DNA of 64,000 bases from Candidatus Shapirobacteria bacterium UBA2283 (GTDB lineage: Bacteria > Patescibacteriota > Microgenomatia > UBA12405): the NCBI GenBank assembly GCA_002345725.1, contig DDWP01000020.1, positions 1,433-65,432 on the forward strand. Reading direction: 5' to 3'. The stretch's first letter is position 1; every line of letters starts with the position of its first letter. Below, piece by piece: positions 8,299 through 17,995 of this stretch. Under the pieces are notes generated by a model. That model did not search any database, was not told the origin of the DNA, and saw nothing but the letters and a program-made list of their open reading frames with translations. Both the position numbers and the translations under genes were made by a program.

Positions 8299-9547
8299 AG
8301 ATTACCCAACCATCGCCATAAGCTCTCTGCGATTTGCAGAGTATAACCCACGAAAAGTTACTCGAAGTGTGGTCGACCAATTGAAGCAATCATTGACCGA
8401 GTTTGGTTGTCCGGTGCCGATTGTGGTGAATAGTTATAAAGGTCGAGAGAATGTGGTTGTGGGCGGTGAGAAGCGAGTCCGGGCAGCAACCGAGCTCGGA
8501 TGGACTGAAATTCCTTACAGTCTCGTTAATATTCCACTACAAAAAGAGAAGGCACTCAATCTGGCGCTCAATAAAATCGAGGATCAATGGGACGATGAAA
8601 AACTAGCTCAGGTAATAACTGAACTTACTAAATCCGACTTCGATTTATCGCTGACTGGATTTAATGAAGTAGAAATTAGCAATCTCCTGGATACCACCAT
8701 GCTTCTGCCAGAGAACGAATCAGAGGAGGAATGGGATACTCAAAAAGAACTCGACGAGATCTCTAAACCGATATCCAAATATGGCGAAGTGTACCAACTG
8801 GGTCCACACCGACTGATGTGTGGGGATGCTACCAAGCCAGAAGATATCCAAAAGTTGATGGACGGCAAAGTGGCAGACATAGTGTTCTCTGATCCACCCT
8901 ACAACGTCGCTCACAAAAGCATGGAGAAAGCGGGTAAATTTCATACCAAGGAAGGGATTATACTAAACGACGATATGAGTGATGAAGCTTTTATCAAGTT
9001 CACTCAGGGCTTCTTCACCAGCTTTAACAATGTCCTAAAACCGGGTGGAACTATTTATGTTTGTACCGGCTATTCCTCCTACCCTTTGTTTTATTACCAG
9101 ATGTTAAATAACGGTTTTGTTTTCAGTTCCACGATTGTTTGGGTGAAGCCTTCCTTTGCCATTGGCTGGGGTGACTATAAAAAACAGTACGAACAAGTAA
9201 TGAAAGGTAAACGTGGTCCAGGCAAATCAAAGGCAGAGCCAATCTTATATGGCTGGCGACAAGGAGAGAATCATAAGTTTGAAGGTGATGCTAACGAAAG
9301 TGATGTCTGGGAAATGCCTAGAAAAGCTGTTACTGAAATGGTCCATCCAACCGAGAAGCCTGAATGGTTAATTATGAAAGCAATAAAAGGTGGGAGCCGT
9401 GTCGGACAGTTGGCGGTGGATTTATTCGGTGGATCCGGTAGCACTTTGATGGCAGCGCACAAATTAGGGCGCATTTGTTACCTTATGGAACTTGACCCAA
9501 AATTCTGTGATTTGATCAGAAAACGGGCACAAAGGCTCAAAATTTAG
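8288..9547 (+). CDS. ParB-like nuclease domain fused to DNA N6-adenine/N4-cytosine methyltransferase
   Basis: N-terminal ParB-N-like region (IVVNSYKGRENVVVGGEKRVRAA), MTase motif IV FSDPPYNV; phage-typical ParB-MTase architecture. Confidence 0.75.
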   Translation: MKNKDYPTIAISSLRFAEYNPRKVTRSVVDQLKQSLTEFGCPVPIVVNSYKGRENVVVGGEKRVRAATELGWTEIPYSLVNIPLQKEKALNLALNKIEDQWDDEKLAQVITELTKSDFDLSLTGFNEVEISNLLDTTMLLPENESEEEWDTQKELDEISKPISKYGEVYQLGPHRLMCGDATKPEDIQKLMDGKVADIVFSDPPYNVAHKSMEKAGKFHTKEGIILNDDMSDEAFIKFTQGFFTSFNNVLKPGGTIYVCTGYSSYPLFYYQMLNNGFVFSSTIVWVKPSFAIGWGDYKKQYEQVMKGKRGPGKSKAEPILYGWRQGENHKFEGDANESDVWEMPRKAVTEMVHPTEKPEWLIMKAIKGGSRVGQLAVDLFGGSGSTLMAAHKLGRICYLMELDPKFCDLIRKRAQRLKI

Positions 9548-9562
9548 GCTTTAGCTCAAGTA

Positions 9563-10204
9563 ATGAGCCCGCGTAATGCCCTGTGTGGGCAGATTCAAAT
9601 CAAGGTGGACCAGTTACACCTGCTAAAACATATGATAAAACCTAAACCAAAAAAACTACTAACACTGACAGTTTCAAAGATGCAAGACGAGACAGAACAG
9701 CAATATGCGGCATGGCTTCTTTATTGTGAGGCGGGCAGTATTGATAAGACCCAATTGGTGTGGGATAAGGTTGGACAAAACCTGGATGAAAGTTGGATGG
9801 TTTTAGCCAATCGGCTGGGCAAAAAGCCTAGTCATACAACCCTTGGTCTGTGGTCGAAGAAATATCGTTGGCCGGAGCGTCGTGATCTGAGATTGGAAGA
9901 AGAAATTGTTGAATTAAAGGATAAAGCAGACCGCTTCCGCAAGAAAAGAAAGTACCTGGTGACAGAACTACTTATCCAATCAGTGGCGAAGGTGCAGAAA
10001 CAAATCAAACAAACTCCCATATCAATCCTAGAGCTGAAATACCTTTGGGAGATGCATAGAACTGAGTACGACGAATCAATTGGAAAGAACGAGATCTCAC
10101 ACCGGATAGATGAGAGTGAGCAGGTACCACCCACTGATGAGGAAAAAGAGCTTGGTGTGGAGATTGATACAGCCATAAAAAAATATTATGACAAACAAAG
10201 ATAA
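9563..10204 (+). CDS. putative terminase small subunit
   Basis: Position immediately upstream of and overlapping terL; basic/coiled-coil protein; true start probably an internal Met (MIKPKPKK or MQDETEQ). Assigned by position only. Confidence 0.4.
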   Translation: MSPRNALCGQIQIKVDQLHLLKHMIKPKPKKLLTLTVSKMQDETEQQYAAWLLYCEAGSIDKTQLVWDKVGQNLDESWMVLANRLGKKPSHTTLGLWSKKYRWPERRDLRLEEEIVELKDKADRFRKKRKYLVTELLIQSVAKVQKQIKQTPISILELKYLWEMHRTEYDESIGKNEISHRIDESEQVPPTDEEKELGVEIDTAIKKYYDKQR

Positions 10205-11735
10205 AAACAGTGTTCTACACTGGATACTAAACAATAAAATTAAGAATGAGAACGGTGAACCCATCGAATTCGAGGACCACCGCTTCATGTTGGACATATA
10301 TGCAGATAAGTCGTCAGTACAGGTTATAAGGAAAGCGTCTCAGGTAGGAGCCAGCACAATGGAGATCCTCAAGGTTATTCACGACTCACGCTTCTGGGGC
10401 ATTAACCAAATCTACACGCTACCCACCGGGGATGATGTCCAACAGTTCGTACAAAGCAAAGTAAACCGGATAATAAACATTAATCCCTGCATGCTGGATG
10501 GCATTAACCCCAAGAGTGTGGACTCCATAGAGCAGAAGCAGATAGGCAAGGCCTTCACTTACTTTAAGGGTACGTTTACCGAGCGTGAGGCCATCATGCT
10601 GTCCTCTGACCGGAATATCCATGACGAGCTGGATAAATCTAAGCCAGAGGTGGTCCGTGACTACACCTCGCGTATGGGTTATTCCAAAATAAGAAGCCAG
10701 CACTTCTTCTCTACTCCAACCATCCCTGATTTTGGAGTGGATAAGATATTTGAACAATCAGACCAGAAATACTGGCGATTCAACTGCCCAAGCTGTCAGT
10801 ACAGGCAACACATGGAGTGGGAGAAGAACGTCGACGAGGCTCGAGGCATTTATATCTGTCAGAACTGTCAGGCAGAGATAAGCCCCAAACAAATAAATGA
10901 TGGTGGCAGCTGGGAGGCCAAGTACCCAGGTAGAGCAACCTCTGGCTACTGGATAAGCCAGTTGCACTGCCCATGGAAGACAGCGGCCGACTTAATCAAA
11001 GAGAAGGCAGATGCTGATGATGATGCCTATTTTTATAATTTTGTCTTAGGCCTACCATACTTAGCTGCCGACCAGAAAATACCAGCCAGCTTATTCCTAC
11101 GCAACGTTGTGGATAAAGAGGTGGATAACTTTGATGAATATAACGTCATGGGCATAGATACAGGGAAAGGAACCGGTAAGGGCAACCACGCCATCGTAGG
11201 CAACCAGAAGGGCATCTTTTGGGTTGGGATACTGCAAGATCATGAAGGGCATGATCGCTGGCAACAAGCGGCCGAGTTAATTACATTTTTCAATGTCAGA
11301 GTCGTGGTTATTGATGGCCAACCTTATACCGAGGAAGCTTTCCTCCTAGCCAAGCAATTCCCCTACAGGGTGTACTTATCCTGGTTTAAAGACGACCCCA
11401 AGATGCTAGAGGTAATACGCTTCTTTGATGAGAAGGAAAATAAGGACGCTGATTTTGAAGATGAGGTCAAAGTTTATTCCTCCCGGACCCGAATCATGGA
11501 TGACACCATTTCTGCCCTGCGCCGAGGAGAGATTCGATTTGCCATGCCATCCGACAGCCCAACCTTCAAACTGCTTATCACCCACGCCCAGACCATGTAC
11601 GCCAGGACAGTCACCGACAAGCTGGGACAGGCGAAACGAGAGTGGGCCAACACCGGTCCAAATGATTTTTGGTTAGCACTTATATATTGGCACATTGCCC
11701 TACGCAAAAGACTTAAATATGAACCAAACAAATAA
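10188..11735 (+). CDS. phage terminase large subunit (GpA-like)
   Basis: Deviant Walker A KASQVGAST, zinc-ribbon CPSCQY...CQNCQ, 515 aa, nuclease-like C-terminal half. Confidence 0.7.
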   Translation: MTNKDKNSVLHWILNNKIKNENGEPIEFEDHRFMLDIYADKSSVQVIRKASQVGASTMEILKVIHDSRFWGINQIYTLPTGDDVQQFVQSKVNRIININPCMLDGINPKSVDSIEQKQIGKAFTYFKGTFTEREAIMLSSDRNIHDELDKSKPEVVRDYTSRMGYSKIRSQHFFSTPTIPDFGVDKIFEQSDQKYWRFNCPSCQYRQHMEWEKNVDEARGIYICQNCQAEISPKQINDGGSWEAKYPGRATSGYWISQLHCPWKTAADLIKEKADADDDAYFYNFVLGLPYLAADQKIPASLFLRNVVDKEVDNFDEYNVMGIDTGKGTGKGNHAIVGNQKGIFWVGILQDHEGHDRWQQAAELITFFNVRVVVIDGQPYTEEAFLLAKQFPYRVYLSWFKDDPKMLEVIRFFDEKENKDADFEDEVKVYSSRTRIMDDTISALRRGEIRFAMPSDSPTFKLLITHAQTMYARTVTDKLGQAKREWANTGPNDFWLALIYWHIALRKRLKYEPNK

Positions 11736-11943
11736 CACACCAAAAGTAATAACAACTCCAGTGACAGAGGCGGAAGCCAAGATCCTGGAGGACATCCGCC
11801 GGGTGAAGTACGGACGAGTGGATGTTTATATCCAGGATGGCAAACCTTACCGTAAGGAAATCATGGAGCAAGAACGTATAACACCAGAGGAAGGTGGTAG
11901 CGCGGGACAATTCCCACGGAAACAATCTGGTATAGAGATTTAA
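11695..11943 (+). CDS. small protein, DUF2292/YezD-like (tentative)
   Basis: YGRVDVYIQDGKPYRKEIMEQE resembles the YezD core (v.iqdGk...e); probable start at MNQTNN (11719). Confidence 0.3.
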   Translation: MPYAKDLNMNQTNNTPKVITTPVTEAEAKILEDIRRVKYGRVDVYIQDGKPYRKEIMEQERITPEEGGSAGQFPRKQSGIEI

Positions 11944-12054
11944 TTACTCTCCGGACATAGGGATAAATTCACATAACCCCCAGCAATTCTTATATACTTA
12001 GAGCAGGAGAAATGTTACTTTTCCCTAACTCAACCGTTTACTTTAATAGAAGCG

Positions 12055-12579
12055 GTGGAGAATGGATTTATTAGTATGACGAAACCACCGTTTGAAGAGG
12101 TAGTTAAAAACTATATAAAACTAGTTTATTTCTTTGCCAAGAAATCCTTGTCTGATCAGGCAGACGTAGATGACATGGTACAAGAAACCTTTTTGAAGTC
12201 TATGAAAACATACGATAAATTTAACTTTAAAAGCGAGGGTGAGTTGAAAAGCTGGTTATTAACCATCTGCCGACACCTAATCATTGATCACTTCCGGTCA
12301 CAGAAGCACACAGTGACGATGGATGACGAAAAAATTGATCTGTTTGGCAATGGTGAGACAGAAGAATTGCTGGAAGCCCAAATTGATAAAGAAGATAGTG
12401 TCAAGAAAATACAGAAGGCTCTTTCCTCGTTAAAGCCCACTGAAAAACAAATAGTGAACCTGCGGGTATGTGAGGAGATGGAGTTTAAAGAGATCGCCAC
12501 CGCCCTATGTTCCAAAGAAGCTGCCGTTAAAATGCGGTTTTATCGTACGTTAATTAAGCTTAAAGAATCACTCGTATGA
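12055..12579 (+). CDS. ECF-type RNA polymerase sigma-70 family factor
   Basis: Region 2 DVDDMVQETFLKSMK...SWLLTICRHLIIDHFR; region 4 EKQIVNLRVCEEMEFKEIATALCSKEAAVKMRFYRTLIKLK; ATGA-coupled to the following gene. Confidence 0.8.
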   Translation: MENGFISMTKPPFEEVVKNYIKLVYFFAKKSLSDQADVDDMVQETFLKSMKTYDKFNFKSEGELKSWLLTICRHLIIDHFRSQKHTVTMDDEKIDLFGNGETEELLEAQIDKEDSVKKIQKALSSLKPTEKQIVNLRVCEEMEFKEIATALCSKEAAVKMRFYRTLIKLKESLV

Positions 12580-13484
12580 AATTCAAAAGTGCTATCAAAC
12601 AAGCATTCGAACAAGAGGAGCTAAAAGAAGCTAGGCATATTGATGACCTGGAGAATCAGATATTAATGAAGGTCCGCATGGAGAAGGCAGAAGAAGCTGA
12701 ACTCAAGAAATATTTTAGGCCAATAGAATCATTTTGGAACTTTAAGATTCCTTATGCATTCGCGGTGGCAGTGCTGGCGGTTATATTTATCACCTTCACT
12801 ACCTCATCTGCTTTGGCAAAAGGTTCGGTTCTGGAAATGCTGATAAACCTAAGGAATGCCTTACAACAGGAATTATCACAACTATTGAATACTGATCCAA
12901 CTTATAAAGACAAAGGGACCCAAAAATACCAGCAAGCCCAAAAGGAGTGGTGCTTGGTCAGCGCACGACCAGCAGAGGCGCGTGAGCAGGCGGTAGAAGC
13001 CGTCAGAGACTTCCTGGACCGACCTGATGCTAACGTAGAATACGAATGTGTAAGGAATCCGAGCAATGACACTGGCGAGCTACCACAAACCGAAAGTTAT
13101 ATTGTAGATTTTGACCGCTTTACCGTTGATACAAAAACAAATCAAATCATTGAAATGGCTCCCACCGGCGGTCGATGGGGAGAAAATAAAGACGGAACTA
13201 GGTGGTTTAGCCCGCAGAAGGAATATGACTACACGCCTCGTTATAGCCAAGCAGAGGCAGAACAACTAGCCAGAAGCTTTGTCGCCGATCATGAAAAATC
13301 ATTAGGTAAGATTGACCTAAATAAACTGACGTTGGAGAGCGGAAAGAAAGACGATGGATCCGGCAAAGTAAACTACTTCTTTATCTGGAAAACTGATGGA
13401 CAAGGCGAGAACATACCCCAGCTAAATATCTCCTATACCCAAGGTGGACAGTTAATAAGCTATCTTAACGAATTGGGCAAATAA
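12576..13484 (+). CDS. putative membrane-anchored anti-sigma factor with extracytoplasmic domain
   Basis: Translationally coupled to the sigma gene; single TM helix (PYAFAVAVLAVIFITFTTSSALA); C-terminal domain paralogous to the secreted protein 14795..15598. Confidence 0.55.
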   Translation: MKFKSAIKQAFEQEELKEARHIDDLENQILMKVRMEKAEEAELKKYFRPIESFWNFKIPYAFAVAVLAVIFITFTTSSALAKGSVLEMLINLRNALQQELSQLLNTDPTYKDKGTQKYQQAQKEWCLVSARPAEAREQAVEAVRDFLDRPDANVEYECVRNPSNDTGELPQTESYIVDFDRFTVDTKTNQIIEMAPTGGRWGENKDGTRWFSPQKEYDYTPRYSQAEAEQLARSFVADHEKSLGKIDLNKLTLESGKKDDGSGKVNYFFIWKTDGQGENIPQLNISYTQGGQLISYLNELGK

Positions 13485-13551
13485 CCGTCTTTACGGGCAA
13501 AGATGAAGAAAATGTCAAAAAGGGTGGATATTACAGTGATTATGGGTATAC

Positions 13552-14556
13552 TTGGGGTACCAGATCATTAATGTAGCTAGCAAATATATGAAAAGTCCAA
13601 AAATAGTATTTATAACAATAACACTACTGACACTTCTAGCTTCATCATTTTTTGTAACAAGTGCACCCCAGAAAGAGTCGACAACCACAATTTTTACTGT
13701 TTCCAAGGCTAACCAAAAACAAACAACCGAGAGACTTGTCGAAAGTGGATATCTAAGATTTTCACTTTCTCTACCTATTGCCAGGATCATGATGTTCCGG
13801 TTTGGAACAATTGACCCAGGGGGATATAAAATTTCCAAGGGAATGAATGCTCGAGAGCTAATTGTTAAACTGACATCAGAACCTCAATTGAAGTGGATTA
13901 CTATACCCGAAGGTCTTCGTAAAGAAGAAATAGGTGAACGTCTAGCAAAAGAACTTCATTGGACCAGCGAAGAATTAGATAAATGGAATACTACCTATAC
14001 AGCCATGCAATACGATTATAGGGAGGGAGTGTACTTTCCCGATACTTATCTCATACCTGTGAATGAAAATGGACTTGATACTGCTAAGCGGATGATTAAT
14101 CGTTTTAACGAAAGATTCCTAGGATACCCAGAAAAATTCACAGCAAAAAACATTAAGTGGACCACGGCTCTCACCCTTGCCTCAATTGTCCAACGTGAGG
14201 CTGCAGGATCCCACGACATGCCACTAATTGCAGGAATATTGTGGAATAGGCTTGACCAAAATAAACAACTGGAAATTGATGCTACAGTGCAATACGCGAG
14301 AGGTAAAACAGATAAAGGCTGGTGGTCACCAATTAAAGGCAGTGACACTAGAACAATAGAGTCACCTTTTAACACATATCTTAACAAAGGTTTGCCGCCA
14401 CACCCAATTTCAAATCCTGGTATGGATGCTATTGATGCGGTATTAAATCCAGAAGAAACGGACTGTATCTACTATTTGCATGACAATGATAGGATAATTC
14501 ACTGTAGCGCCTCATTCGCAGAGCATCAACTGAATATTGACCAATACCTTCGCTGA
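13552..14556 (+). CDS. mltG: endolytic murein transglycosylase MltG (YceG family)
   Basis: YFPDTYLIP, ASIVQREA, LEIDATVQYA, SPFNTYLNKGLPPHPISNPG motifs; N-terminal TM helix. Likely start at MKSPKIV. Confidence 0.85.
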   Translation: MGYQIINVASKYMKSPKIVFITITLLTLLASSFFVTSAPQKESTTTIFTVSKANQKQTTERLVESGYLRFSLSLPIARIMMFRFGTIDPGGYKISKGMNARELIVKLTSEPQLKWITIPEGLRKEEIGERLAKELHWTSEELDKWNTTYTAMQYDYREGVYFPDTYLIPVNENGLDTAKRMINRFNERFLGYPEKFTAKNIKWTTALTLASIVQREAAGSHDMPLIAGILWNRLDQNKQLEIDATVQYARGKTDKGWWSPIKGSDTRTIESPFNTYLNKGLPPHPISNPGMDAIDAVLNPEETDCIYYLHDNDRIIHCSASFAEHQLNIDQYLR

Positions 14557-14738
14557 TTTCCTGACTGTAGAAGCTAATAGTCACCACTAACAAACAGCAC
14601 TTGACATTCTCAAACTAATTTGTAATAGTTGAAGTATGAGAAGTAAGAATAGTAAGTATTTACTTATACTACACACGCTTCGTTATCTCCCCCATAAGAC
14701 ATCCAATGATTGTTCTCAAAACTCCCTTCCTTCGACAA

Positions 14739-14773
14739 CCCAGGTTATTAGTAATAACTGGGTTTATTTATAA
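14739..14773 (+). terminator. imperfect inverted repeat CCCAGGTTATTA-G-TAATAACTGGG followed by a T-run (terminator or operator)
   Basis: 11/12-bp arms around 14751 followed by TTTATTTAT; sits ~45 bp upstream of the 14795 ATG. Confidence 0.3.
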
Positions 14774-14794
14774 ATTAGTGCTTATAGAAAGGAG

Positions 14795-15598
14795 GTGAAA
14801 AATAAAAAAGCTATGAAGTATCCAAAAAGAATGTTAGTAATTCTTCCCCTACTTGCTGTCTCCGCATTTGTCGGATTCGGTCTCGCAAAGACTGATACCG
14901 TCGGCGCACAACAAGACCCAAAACAGGAGAGGATAGAAACTCTGCAAAAGAAGTATCTAGACGCTGTCGAAAATGCTAAGACAAATGGTGAGTTCACCAC
15001 GAACCAATTCGGCGAAAAAGTCTACGCTGGTAAAACAGCTGACGACCTAAAGAGTTTAGAGAAAGAGGTTGGTACCGAGATACGAGAACTGACAGCGCGT
15101 CCCGCTGAGGATAGAGCTAAGGCAGTTGAAGCCGTCAATGGATGGAATGATAAATTCCTCTATACGATAGACAAACAGCCAAAGCAAACTCTCCAATATG
15201 CTGGTCGGTCAGGACAAGTTCAAGGCAGCAAACTCATTGGCGCAGAGCAGTACTTTTCGGAAGACTATCAATTTACGATCGACCCGCAAACCAATAAAGT
15301 CGTTGAGATGTATTTACGTCCCAAAGAAGTTGGCGAACCGGCAGCGTTCGAAGACATGACCCCACGCTTTACTGAAGCTCAGTTAGAGCAAAAAGCCCGA
15401 CAATTGATCGAGGCGCAGAACTTAGGCGTGGATCTAAACTCTTTGAAGTTCGAGAAAAACCATAAGGTAGGAACCTTTTTCTACACATGGGAAGGTGAAA
15501 AGATAGCAGACGGAGTACAACCCTCTCTTTACGTGGCATTCACGCAAGGTGGGCAACTGATCGGCTACATCAATGCAGGCTTTTTTGACAAACTATGA
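14795..15598 (+). CDS. secreted protein, paralog of the anti-sigma extracytoplasmic domain
   Basis: Signal peptide MKYPKRMLVILPLLAVSAFVGFGLA. ARPAEDRAKAVEAV and FTQGGQLIGYIN match ARPAEAREQAVEAV and YTQGGQLISYLN in 12576..13484. Confidence 0.6.
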   Translation: MKNKKAMKYPKRMLVILPLLAVSAFVGFGLAKTDTVGAQQDPKQERIETLQKKYLDAVENAKTNGEFTTNQFGEKVYAGKTADDLKSLEKEVGTEIRELTARPAEDRAKAVEAVNGWNDKFLYTIDKQPKQTLQYAGRSGQVQGSKLIGAEQYFSEDYQFTIDPQTNKVVEMYLRPKEVGEPAAFEDMTPRFTEAQLEQKARQLIEAQNLGVDLNSLKFEKNHKVGTFFYTWEGEKIADGVQPSLYVAFTQGGQLIGYINAGFFDKL

Positions 15599-16218
15599 AA
15601 AACATATTTTCAAAAACCTTAATAGCATTGGCGGTGGTAGCAGTCATGGGCTTTACCAGCGTGAGTAGTGCATTGGCCTATGGCGATGCATCTATTTACT
15701 GCACGGGTGGTGGCTACTTTGACAAGTTCGGTCCAAGTCAATATTGGACTGAATTTACGAGTATGGGATGGTGTAACGCCCCAGCTGGCAACAACTGGTG
15801 CGAGAATGGGCAATGTGCCCAAAACTCACCCTACAATACTGTGACTCGCAGTATGTGGAGAACCTACTCAGGGAGTCAACAGAGTAACTACGCCCGTTGG
15901 AATATGGGTAACGATGGTGGTTGGTATTACTGGTTTGCCTTTATACCCAGTAACTATGCGACTACCTCGAGGGCGCCGTATACGATTACCTACGCGGGAG
16001 GAAGCTCGTACAACTTCACTGTTAACCAGAACGCTTATTCAAACATCTGGGTAACTCCTGGTTCAAGAACTGAGAATTTCAATCAGATCATGAACACATG
16101 GTTATCTGATGCGACGAGTGAGAGTCCGTCACAACAAATCGGTTTTGACGAAGTTCAGAAATGTTCTGAATCTGGCCAGTACAGTGCGAATTGTCCAGGC
16201 AACCATACCAGAAGGTAA
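15595..16218 (+). CDS. secreted Cys/Trp/Tyr-rich hypothetical protein
   Basis: Signal peptide then CTGGGYFDKFGPSQYWTEFTSMGWCNAPAGNNWCENGQCAQ...; ATGA-coupled to the previous gene. Confidence 0.5.
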   Translation: MKNIFSKTLIALAVVAVMGFTSVSSALAYGDASIYCTGGGYFDKFGPSQYWTEFTSMGWCNAPAGNNWCENGQCAQNSPYNTVTRSMWRTYSGSQQSNYARWNMGNDGGWYYWFAFIPSNYATTSRAPYTITYAGGSSYNFTVNQNAYSNIWVTPGSRTENFNQIMNTWLSDATSESPSQQIGFDEVQKCSESGQYSANCPGNHTRR

Positions 16219-16224
16219 TGGAGG

Positions 16225-16262
16225 AAGGTCAAGGCCAGCCCGTCAAAAGGCTGGCCTGACCC
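16225..16262 (+). terminator. GC-rich hairpin downstream of 15595..16218 (putative terminator)
   Basis: GGTCAAGGCCAGCC-loop-GGCTGGCCTGACC immediately after the stop codon; weak T-tract. Confidence 0.35.
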
Positions 16263-16301
16263 AGCAGAGAAAGAATATTTAAACTAAAATAAAAAAGCAA
16301 T

Positions 16302-16844
16302 ATGAGAAACAAAGAGATAAACACTAAGGAGATCATCCTGATCACTCTTGCCTGCCTAGCAATGGCAGTCGGCTCATATACCTTCTTTACCCACAAAGAC
16401 ACTAGATTCGAAGCAGTCGACCTGACCAACCGAGCTGAAGGCAAGGAAGTTGAAGATTACTTTGTCGAGAAACTAGGTATGAACAGCACAGAAGCTAAGA
16501 AGATTGCTGATGAGGGTGTGTCGTTTTATATCACCGGGAACACCACACTTGATGCAATTGTAAGCAATTTACACTACTACGGCCTGGTAAAGGACGAGAA
16601 AGCTTTCAGAGAGGCATTGACGAAGACTGCCGACACGCTACCTGGTAAAGAGAATGCCATCAAGGTAGGGAATAACACTATCGACATCCACGCCTACTAC
16701 GGCCTAAAAAAAGGATTAACCGCTTGGCAAGTCGCAGATGTGCTACTTAATCACCCATCTTATCTGAGAGGTGAGGAATATAATTATATTTTTATGCCGG
16801 GAGAGTATTATTATGACGCTGCCCAGAAAACACCAGCACGATGA
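16302..16844 (+). CDS. membrane-anchored hypothetical protein
   Basis: N-terminal TM (IILITLACLAMAVGSYTFF), 180 aa; no diagnostic motif. Confidence 0.45.
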   Translation: MRNKEINTKEIILITLACLAMAVGSYTFFTHKDTRFEAVDLTNRAEGKEVEDYFVEKLGMNSTEAKKIADEGVSFYITGNTTLDAIVSNLHYYGLVKDEKAFREALTKTADTLPGKENAIKVGNNTIDIHAYYGLKKGLTAWQVADVLLNHPSYLRGEEYNYIFMPGEYYYDAAQKTPAR

Positions 16845-16869
16845 TGGCAAAATTTAGTAGAATACGCTT

Positions 16870-17442
16870 ATGAAGTTAAAAACATTATTAGTATTTATCG
16901 CAGTAATTATTGGCTTAGGATTTATTATCAAAAACTTCTCTAATGGCAATTCAAAACAGGTGGCCTCCCCCACGCCATTGGAGGCGGTTAAAACGACACC
17001 GGATCCGATCCTGAGCCCAACCAGAGCACTCAAGCCAAACGAGGAGTTTATCTCGCCCTTTGGTTTATATGTTATTGTCCCCCAGGATATGACTTTTAGA
17101 AAAGAGGTAGCAGACAATGATGGCATTATCCATAGTGTCGGGTTTTATATCGAAAATAGCAGTAAAGATAATCCCTATATGTTGTATGGCCTCTACGAAG
17201 CCAAAACTGTTGTCACTGATCAAACCATGACAAGTGCTAAAAAAGACATGGTCCCATCGACAATCAAAGACATTACGATTGGTGGGTATAAGGGAGTCGA
17301 GGGATTAATAACCGGCGACAAGACCAGGTACATGGCTGTCATTGTCAAAGATGGTAAAAAGATCACCTTCTCAACTATTCCCCCAACCGAAGCAAACAAA
17401 GTAATCACAGATCAGCTTCTCTCCACTTTTAGCTTTCAGTGA
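16870..17442 (+). CDS. membrane-anchored or secreted hypothetical protein
   Basis: N-terminal TM/signal (LLVFIAVIIGLGFII), 190 aa. Confidence 0.45.
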   Translation: MKLKTLLVFIAVIIGLGFIIKNFSNGNSKQVASPTPLEAVKTTPDPILSPTRALKPNEEFISPFGLYVIVPQDMTFRKEVADNDGIIHSVGFYIENSSKDNPYMLYGLYEAKTVVTDQTMTSAKKDMVPSTIKDITIGGYKGVEGLITGDKTRYMAVIVKDGKKITFSTIPPTEANKVITDQLLSTFSFQ

Positions 17443-17452
17443 GGTAGACAAA

Positions 17453-17992
17453 TCACTCTAATTGTCTAATCGACCACTTGCTACTATTTTCTGGTTGCCA
17501 GGTAATCCATATTTCCTGAAAATATCTATCAAAATAACCATCCATTTTGAATGGGGTGTATCTTGTAGAAAAGGATTCAACATCAGAGTTTGTTAGTAAG
17601 GGGCTATGAAGATTGCAAAGTAGAAGGATTTCTCCCGTAAAACCATCATAGCTTTTCTTATTTAACTTCTCTAATTTTTTTGCTATCTCAAGTTCTAAAT
17701 TTTCAAATGTTACTAGTTTAAACTCAGGTCTTTCATTATTTACTTTTCCTCGTGCATCATTCCACATTTTGCGAGCCTGGTATTGATTGTCGTAAGCACC
17801 AACTAATTCAATAGCGGTGTTGTCACTGCAAATACAATCAGGCTCTTTTTTACTAGGATCACCCAACCTTGTGAAGCATAGATCGCTTTTATTTAGATCG
17901 TTATATAAGGTCAAGAAGCGTATTGAAGCTGCTTCTTCATGAGCTGATTTGAGTTGTGTATTTATCATTACTCTATAAGCTAATTTATCCAT
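17453..17992 (-). CDS. hypothetical protein, last gene of the defence operon
   Basis: 179 aa, 3-bp gap to the upstream gene on the same strand; no recognisable domain. Confidence 0.45.
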   Translation of the reverse strand: MDKLAYRVMINTQLKSAHEEAASIRFLTLYNDLNKSDLCFTRLGDPSKKEPDCICSDNTAIELVGAYDNQYQARKMWNDARGKVNNERPEFKLVTFENLELEIAKKLEKLNKKSYDGFTGEILLLCNLHSPLLTNSDVESFSTRYTPFKMDGYFDRYFQEIWITWQPENSSKWSIRQLE

Positions 17993-17995
17993 ACT

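Noticed and set aside
11944-12054. ECF-type promoter (GGAAC...CGTT) upstream of the sigma gene
   Set aside because: AAC and CGTT elements are present but their spacing does not fit the ~16-17 nt ECF consensus; not called.
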